This document shows positions 58,803-64,000 of a stretch of 64,000 nucleotides of DNA, piece after piece. The notes under the pieces were generated by a model that saw only the letters and a list, made by a program, of their open reading frames with translations, did no database searches and was not told where the DNA came from. Both the position numbers and the translations under genes were made by a program. How positions within the stretch are numbered: position 1 is the first letter of the stretch; every line of letters begins with the position of its first letter. Source of the stretch: Synechococcaceae cyanobacterium SM2_3_2 (lineage in GTDB: Bacteria; Cyanobacteriota; Cyanobacteriia; Thermostichales; Thermostichaceae); assembly GCA_012031565.1 (NCBI GenBank), contig JAAUUM010000001.1, positions 6,981-70,980 of the forward strand, in the 5' to 3' direction.

Positions 58803-59396
58803 TCATACTGGATTGGTATTAGCTGAAACCTGCGTCGGAGATGCAAACAAAGGATTTTTTCCTAGCCCGATGATGTGCAAGCGTTGGACGGGATCCATGT
58901 CGGCAAGGGTGGCAATGTGGCTGACAAAGCGATAGGCCGGATCTTGTCTGAGAGGGGCCGGTAGAGGAGTGACTTCCGCAAGGGCTAAGTCCACCAAGGC
59001 GGGCATGGTCTGAATCGTCAGAGCGCAGGTTTCGGCTTGCGCGGCTTGGATCAAGATCATGAAGGGATCCTGCACCGGATGAGGAGCCTGTGTTTGGGAA
59101 AATAGATGGGCCAAATCCATCACTACCATCGTCTGGCTTGCTGTGCTGGTGCTCAATTCCAACAGCCCCACACCTTCAGCATTGATCTGGATCCCGTCCG
59201 GGCAGCGCAACACCTTACTGACCATGCTCAGGGGCAGACCCAATAGGCGTTCCTGAACATAGAAAACCATTAGACGCAGGAGTTGGGAGGAGTCCTTACC
59301 CTGCTGACGAAAGAGCTGGCTTTTGCCGCGAAAAGAAGGGTGAAAGGAACCAGCCCGCCAAGGAGCAGTGGGGTGGGACAAAGAATGAGAGGTCAT
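58803..59396 (-). CDS. CheW-like domain protein
   Basis: 197 aa. LRLMVFYVQERLLGLPLSMVSKVLRCP...VGLLELSTSTASQTMVVMDLAHLF resembles a CheW domain. It lies 16 nt downstream of the CheA-like kinase. Confidence 0.65.
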   Translation of the reverse strand: MTSHSLSHPTAPWRAGSFHPSFRGKSQLFRQQGKDSSQLLRLMVFYVQERLLGLPLSMVSKVLRCPDGIQINAEGVGLLELSTSTASQTMVVMDLAHLFSQTQAPHPVQDPFMILIQAAQAETCALTIQTMPALVDLALAEVTPLPAPLRQDPAYRFVSHIATLADMDPVQRLHIIGLGKNPLFASPTQVSANTNPV

Positions 59397-59412
59397 GTTT
59401 TAGATCGGGGAT

Positions 59413-62400
59413 TTAGTTCAGTGGGGGTGAGGGGAGAAACTTGGCGATAACCTGCAATAACTCGGCTTCTTGAAACGGCTTGGTCAAATAGGCATCCGCC
59501 CCCAACGAGAGGGCATAGTCGCGGTGTTTCTGGGCGGCACGAGAGGTGATCATCACCACAGGGATCCTTTGGAGATCAGGATTTTGGCGGCGGGCTTGGA
59601 GAAAATCAAACCCATTCATGCGAGGCATTTCGATGTCGCAGAGGATCAGATCAATCTCGGGCTGTTGCTGGCAGTGGCTGAGGGCTTCGTAGCCATCCCC
59701 GGCTTGGAGCACCTGGAAGTGAGCTTTTTGCAGCGTCAGGGCAAGGCTAATCCGCTGGGTCATGGAGTCGTCAACCGCCAGTACCACCACTGGGGATTCT
59801 TTAGGGAGAGGGTGAGGCTGGGCTGGGGGCAGTTGTGGGCTGGGGCCCGCAGTTGGCAAAGCCGCTGTCGAGGACAAGGCAAGGGATCCCATCCACACCT
59901 GCGGATCCATCACGAGGCACAGTTGCCCTTCTGACAAGAGGCTGTAGCCCAGCACATAGGGAGGCGGAGTGGGTCGAGAACTGAGGGGCTTGACCACCAG
60001 ATCTTGTTCCGCCACAATTTCATCCACTTCTAGGGCCAAAATTGGCATCCGTTCTGCGTCGATATCAGGGGATCCCAGTAAGAGCAAGGGGGCTGGTTTG
60101 TTTGAAGCAGTGGATCCCTTGACGGGGGGGGGCTCAGTCATGCCTTTGCCCAAAGAACGAATGGGCAGCCACTGTGCCTGATCTCCGTCTCCCCAGCGCA
60201 AAGCTCGGTGTTCTCCGGCAAAGCCGCTGTAATGCTGGATCTGCTCGGGCAAGACCAGTTGGACAATCGCATTGGTGAGCAGAGCATAAGGGATCCCGCC
60301 ACATCGACAGACCAACAGCCGTTCCGTCGAAAGGGTGAGGGGCAAGTACAGGCTAAAGGTGGTGCCTTGCCCCGGCTGAGAGCGGATGGTGATGGATCCC
60401 TGGAGGGCGTGAATTTGGCTGCGTACTACATCCAACCCCACCCCGCGACCTGACAGTTGGGTTACCTGCGGGGCCGTAGAAAATCCCGACTCAAACAGCA
60501 GATCCTGCAAATGCTCTTGGCTAGGGTTCTCTTCTGGGTTGAGCCGCCCCTGTTGGATCCCTTTTTGCCGGATCCGTTCCCAATCCAGGCCCTTGCCATC
60601 ATCCCTCACCTCGATCACGGTGCGATTGCCCTGGCGAAAGGCAGCGATGGCGATCTGGCCGCTGGCGGGTTTGCCCTGTTGCAGCCGTTCCGCTTGGGGT
60701 TCGATGCCATGATCAAAAGCATTGCGAACCAGATGCAAGAGCGGGTCGTAGAGTTTCTCCACCAAGGATTTATCCACCAACAGTTCCTTGCCCCTGAGAC
60801 TGAGTTGCACGGGCTTCTGATGGGAGGATTGCAATTGCTCCAACACCTGCGAAAACCGTTGCAACACCGTACCCACCGGCACCATTCGCATCAACAGCAA
60901 TTCCTCTTGGGCTTGATCCAACAAGCGTTTGCGTCGTTTCAGCTCAAAATCCGTCTGGTGCCCCTGCAAACTGCGTAGTTGGTCTTCGATGGGGGCAAAG
61001 CTATCCGCCAAAGATTGCACCAAGACATGAAGTTCGCTGTAGGCGTCCAGTTCTAGGGTGTCAAAGGCTTGATGACTGGAACCGTTGTGCTTGGGCTGGG
61101 GGCGGTACAGTCGTTGCCGGGTGGGGTGGGCTTGGCTCATGGCCCAGTCTTGCAATTTTTCCAGGTGATCTTGCGTCTTTTGCCAGAGAAAGAGCGTTTC
61201 TTGCAGATCTTTTTGGGTTTTCTGCTGGGTTTGACTTTGTTGGTTGTGGTCGATCAGCAGCTCACCAATGGCATGGTTTAACTGCTCTAGGTGTTGCAAT
61301 TCCACCCGGATCATTCGGGCAGGGCGAGCTGAGGCCGATTCCTGGGATCCCGTGGCAGGGGTAGAGGCGATGGGCTGTGGCTGGGATGGGGGAGGAGCCG
61401 ATTCCAGATGAATGTCTAGCCAATCGTGGACAGACTCTTTGGGTTCAGCAGGAGCAGCGACCAGATCGGACGACTCCATAGGAGCAGCAGCTTTGGGATT
61501 GAGCCACAGGGGATCCCGTTGCAGTTCCGCCGCCATTTCTTCGAGCACGGCTGCGATATTGGACAAGGGGATGGATTCAGAGATAACGGAGGGCGTTGGG
61601 GCAGGGGCATCGGCACAAGATATCCCCTCGGATGCCGCAATAGGTTCAACCGGAGACTCAATCGCTTCTGCAACCATCTCTGAAACGGGCTCTGTCTCGC
61701 TGTCTGCTTCCAAGTTGGGGTCTGCTCCTAGCCCCGCCAACTCCAACAACAAGGGCGAGGGATCCCCCCCTTGGGCACGGTCGCCCGCCAGTACCGCCAA
61801 ACGAGACTGCTGATAGTCCTCAAGGGCCAGTTCCGCGATGATCAGGGTTTGTTCTGGGTGCGCTTGCAGAGCTGATATGGAAGCGGCGGCGATCGCTCCT
61901 AGCCCTGGCAAGTCATAAGACTCTGCTAAGCCCAGAAAGAACTCCCCTTGATTCAAAAAAGACTCACGGATTTGCTCAGGATCCCCTGTAGATAAAATAA
62001 AAGCCAGTTGGTTGAGATCTCCCAACACGCTTTCTTCAAACAGGGATCCCACCACGTCAAAGCCCAAATCGCTGGAGCTGAGAATAACCTCCTCCTGTCC
62101 GAAGGCATCGCCTAGCTGCTGTTGCAGTTGGGCAAAGGTGGCAGCGGCCCGGTTGAGGATGTCTTCATCGTCGATCGGGGCATGGGCCAGTTCCGCCTGG
62201 AGCGCAAAGCGCAGGTGATCAAACCCATCCATGAGCAGGGATCCCAGTTCTGGGTTCTGCATGTACTCAGGCTGGTAGAGAGCCTTAAACACATCCTCTA
62301 ATTGGTGGGCCAAGGTATGCAGGGTATGACGTTCTACGCTGGCAGCGGCCCCTTTGAGGGTGTGGGCATTACGCATCAGGTTATGCACCCGCTCGACGGA

Positions 62401-62514
62401 ATGGTGCTGCAACAGATCCAGCAAATCTTGCTCCATGCTCTGGATCAGCTCTGGGGCTTCCAGCAGAAAGTATTGGTAAACCTGCTGTTGGATATCGGCG
62501 GTATCGACAGACAT
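59413..62514 (-). CDS. Hybrid CheA-like histidine kinase/response regulator (Hpt - long linker - HATPase - CheW - REC; PilL/TaxAY-like)
   Basis: N-terminal Hpt (RNAHTLKGAAASV), HATPase (HLVRNAFDHGIE...DDGKGLD...GRGVGLDVV), a CheW-like segment, and a C-terminal REC (VVLAVDDS...ILCDIEMPRMNG...MITSRA). Confidence 0.9.
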   Translation of the reverse strand: MSVDTADIQQQVYQYFLLEAPELIQSMEQDLLDLLQHHSVERVHNLMRNAHTLKGAAASVERHTLHTLAHQLEDVFKALYQPEYMQNPELGSLLMDGFDHLRFALQAELAHAPIDDEDILNRAAATFAQLQQQLGDAFGQEEVILSSSDLGFDVVGSLFEESVLGDLNQLAFILSTGDPEQIRESFLNQGEFFLGLAESYDLPGLGAIAAASISALQAHPEQTLIIAELALEDYQQSRLAVLAGDRAQGGDPSPLLLELAGLGADPNLEADSETEPVSEMVAEAIESPVEPIAASEGISCADAPAPTPSVISESIPLSNIAAVLEEMAAELQRDPLWLNPKAAAPMESSDLVAAPAEPKESVHDWLDIHLESAPPPSQPQPIASTPATGSQESASARPARMIRVELQHLEQLNHAIGELLIDHNQQSQTQQKTQKDLQETLFLWQKTQDHLEKLQDWAMSQAHPTRQRLYRPQPKHNGSSHQAFDTLELDAYSELHVLVQSLADSFAPIEDQLRSLQGHQTDFELKRRKRLLDQAQEELLLMRMVPVGTVLQRFSQVLEQLQSSHQKPVQLSLRGKELLVDKSLVEKLYDPLLHLVRNAFDHGIEPQAERLQQGKPASGQIAIAAFRQGNRTVIEVRDDGKGLDWERIRQKGIQQGRLNPEENPSQEHLQDLLFESGFSTAPQVTQLSGRGVGLDVVRSQIHALQGSITIRSQPGQGTTFSLYLPLTLSTERLLVCRCGGIPYALLTNAIVQLVLPEQIQHYSGFAGEHRALRWGDGDQAQWLPIRSLGKGMTEPPPVKGSTASNKPAPLLLLGSPDIDAERMPILALEVDEIVAEQDLVVKPLSSRPTPPPYVLGYSLLSEGQLCLVMDPQVWMGSLALSSTAALPTAGPSPQLPPAQPHPLPKESPVVVLAVDDSMTQRISLALTLQKAHFQVLQAGDGYEALSHCQQQPEIDLILCDIEMPRMNGFDFLQARRQNPDLQRIPVVMITSRAAQKHRDYALSLGADAYLTKPFQEAELLQVIAKFLPSPPLN

Positions 62515-62702
62515 GAAATACTCCAGAAAATGAGCCGGGGCGGGGAAATGTCAAGAGTCCAAGTGTGGATCTGACGGGGTTTGGAGGGCAGACAAGACTT
62601 GCTCTAGGTGGATGTTCTGGGCATTCAAAGCCTCGATCTGGGTCAGAGCCGCCACCAATGTGGGATCCCCCAGTTGGGTCAAAATTTGCTACGAAATTTC
62701 TC

Positions 62703-62858
62703 TCAACTCCAGTGGCGAATCTCCTCGGACAAATGGGGCAGTTGGTCGGTGTGTTGGTTGAGCAGGGCATAAAGCGACTGCGGATCCTCCCTGATTTGGT
62801 AGGTGTGCTCCAAAAGGGTTTGCCCTAAGTTGGGTGGGGCGGCGGTGATGGTACTCAT
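62703..62858 (-). CDS. Possible small ORF between the MCP and CheA-like genes
   Basis: 51 codons (MSTITAAPPNLGQTLLEHTYQIREDPQSLYALLNQHTDQLPHLSEEIRHWS). The ATG lies 7 nt after GGAGG and 12 nt after the MCP stop. Downstream sequence continues as a plausible peptide only after a frame change and a TAG. Confidence 0.3.
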   Translation of the reverse strand: MSTITAAPPNLGQTLLEHTYQIREDPQSLYALLNQHTDQLPHLSEEIRHWS

Positions 62859-62870
62859 CGGGATCCCTCC

Positions 62871-64000
62871 TTAGTCCACCCGGAAACGGCTGATGTTGGC
62901 TTCCAGTTGGCCAGATGTCACCAGCAAGTCCTGGAAGGAGTGGGAGATTCGATCTGAGTCTTGGGCAGTTTGGCTGGCGATCACGGCCACCGCTTGCATA
63001 GCTTGGCTGAGGCTTTCTGACCGCTGGGTCTGGTTGGTGGTGGATTGACGGATCCCGCTCACCAGCTGGCTAATTTGTTGGGTGGCGGTGGCGATATCGG
63101 TCAGGCTTTGACGGGTTTCGTTGACCAAATTTGTCCCTTCTACCACCTGCGAGATACCGATTTCCATCGCCTCGATCACCTCCTGGGTTTCCGCCTGGAT
63201 CTCCAGCACCAACCGCTCGATCTCGCTGGTGGCATTGGCGGATTGGTAAGCCAAGGAACGCACCTCATCGGCCACCACCGCAAAGCCGCGCCCATACTCT
63301 CCAGCCCGTGTTGCCTCAATGGCGGCATTCAAGGCCAGCAGGTTGGTTTGGGTGGCAAAGTTCTCGATCAGACGCACCACTTTGGCGATCTTTTGAGAAG
63401 ATTCCCCGAGGCGTTTGATCTTTTTGGCCGTCTCAGAGACCGTCTCTCGAATATCGAGGATCCCGTTGACGGTGCGCCCCATCACCTCATCCCCAGCTTC
63501 CACCCGCTGGTTGGCCACCTGCACCGCTTGTTCCACCTGTTGGGCATCTTGGGCGACCTGTCCGATGGATCCCACCATGTTTTCCAGTTGGCCTAATGCT
63601 TGGTTCAATTCCTGCACCTGCTGGGCCGCTTGACCCGCCAGGGCATCGACGGCTTCGCTGCTGTCCTCGGAGGTTTTGGCAACTTTTCCTGCGGCTACTT
63701 TCACCTGCCGTACCAGTTCCCGCAGGCTCTGGATAGTGGTGTTGTAGCCGTCGGCGATGGTGCCAATCTCATCCTCGGTGAGGGGAGCACGTACCGTCAG
63801 ATCCCCCTGAAAAGACGGAGCCACAGCCTGGAGCAATCGCAAAGCCCCTTGTTGCAGGTTCTCTTTGGCGATCTTTTCCCGCTCAGCGGCAGCGGCAAGC
63901 TCGGTGTTTTTGTCTTGCAACTGGGCCAAAAACTCGATCTGCTGCAAAGCGATGCCAAACTGGCTGGCCACCTGCTGCACAAACTGGATCTCCTCCGGTT
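62871..64000 (-). CDS. Methyl-accepting chemotaxis protein (C-terminal part; gene continues beyond the window edge)
   Basis: Highly conserved MCP signalling hairpin [47 protein letters not shown]. The frame stays open to position 64000 (…[21 protein letters not shown]). Confidence 0.85.
   Translation of the reverse strand, partial: PEEIQFVQQVASQFGIALQQIEFLAQLQDKNTELAAAAEREKIAKENLQQGALRLLQAVAPSFQGDLTVRAPLTEDEIGTIADGYNTTIQSLRELVRQVKVAAGKVAKTSEDSSEAVDALAGQAAQQVQELNQALGQLENMVGSIGQVAQDAQQVEQAVQVANQRVEAGDEVMGRTVNGILDIRETVSETAKKIKRLGESSQKIAKVVRLIENFATQTNLLALNAAIEATRAGEYGRGFAVVADEVRSLAYQSANATSEIERLVLEIQAETQEVIEAMEIGISQVVEGTNLVNETRQSLTDIATATQQISQLVSGIRQSTTNQTQRSESLSQAMQAVAVIASQTAQDSDRISHSFQDLLVTSGQLEANISRFRVD

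Noticed and set aside
62565-62828. 87-aa plus-strand ORF in the MCP/CheA spacer, and the 129-aa minus-strand ORF 62381-62770.
   Set aside because: Both have Gly/Pro/Arg-rich composition and no start context. The 129-aa frame overlaps the well-supported CheA-like N-terminus out of frame.

Overview
This is a high-GC cyanobacterial chromosome segment. The housekeeping and photosynthesis genes present are rpoZ, chlP, clpS, clpX, pyrB, psbX, sir, prfB, lysA, petH, prk, sbtA/sbtB, minCDE, proB and hom. The octamer GGGATCCC is hugely over-represented, like a HIP-type palindrome. Together with the gene content this suggests a thermophilic Synechococcus of the Yellowstone A/B-prime type; that is inference, not a search result. 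Most of the window is ordinary core genome. Two accessory patches flank a tRNA-His gene. (1) 20.4-24.3 kb is a decayed integrative or prophage-like element with a tyrosine integrase, a Gp157-like gene carrying an in-frame stop, a truncated PIN toxin and IS5-family debris. (2) 24.4-32.0 kb is a visibly AT-richer island carrying treY, two IS remnants and the most interesting item in the window. That item is a co-directional module of a dynamin-like GTPase, two paralogous KGK-type small proteins, and an HNH nuclease remnant translationally coupled to the last KGK gene. The three intact products share a C-terminal acidic motif (ES..L.D[DF][LI]R). I propose this module as a candidate undescribed conflict or defence-type system. 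Other points of note:
- nusB is split by a frameshift.
- prfB has the classical +1 programmed frameshift site.
- psbX is absent from the ORF track.
- The Mrp-type cation/proton antiporter operon has a single antiporter-like subunit and mosaic composition, and faces sbtAB across a 1.45 kb gene-poor gap.
- There is an IS630 graveyard at 57.5-58.7 kb.
- A Pil/Tax-like chemotaxis cluster runs off the right edge of the window.
All family assignments come from reading the translated ORFs; no database search was run.
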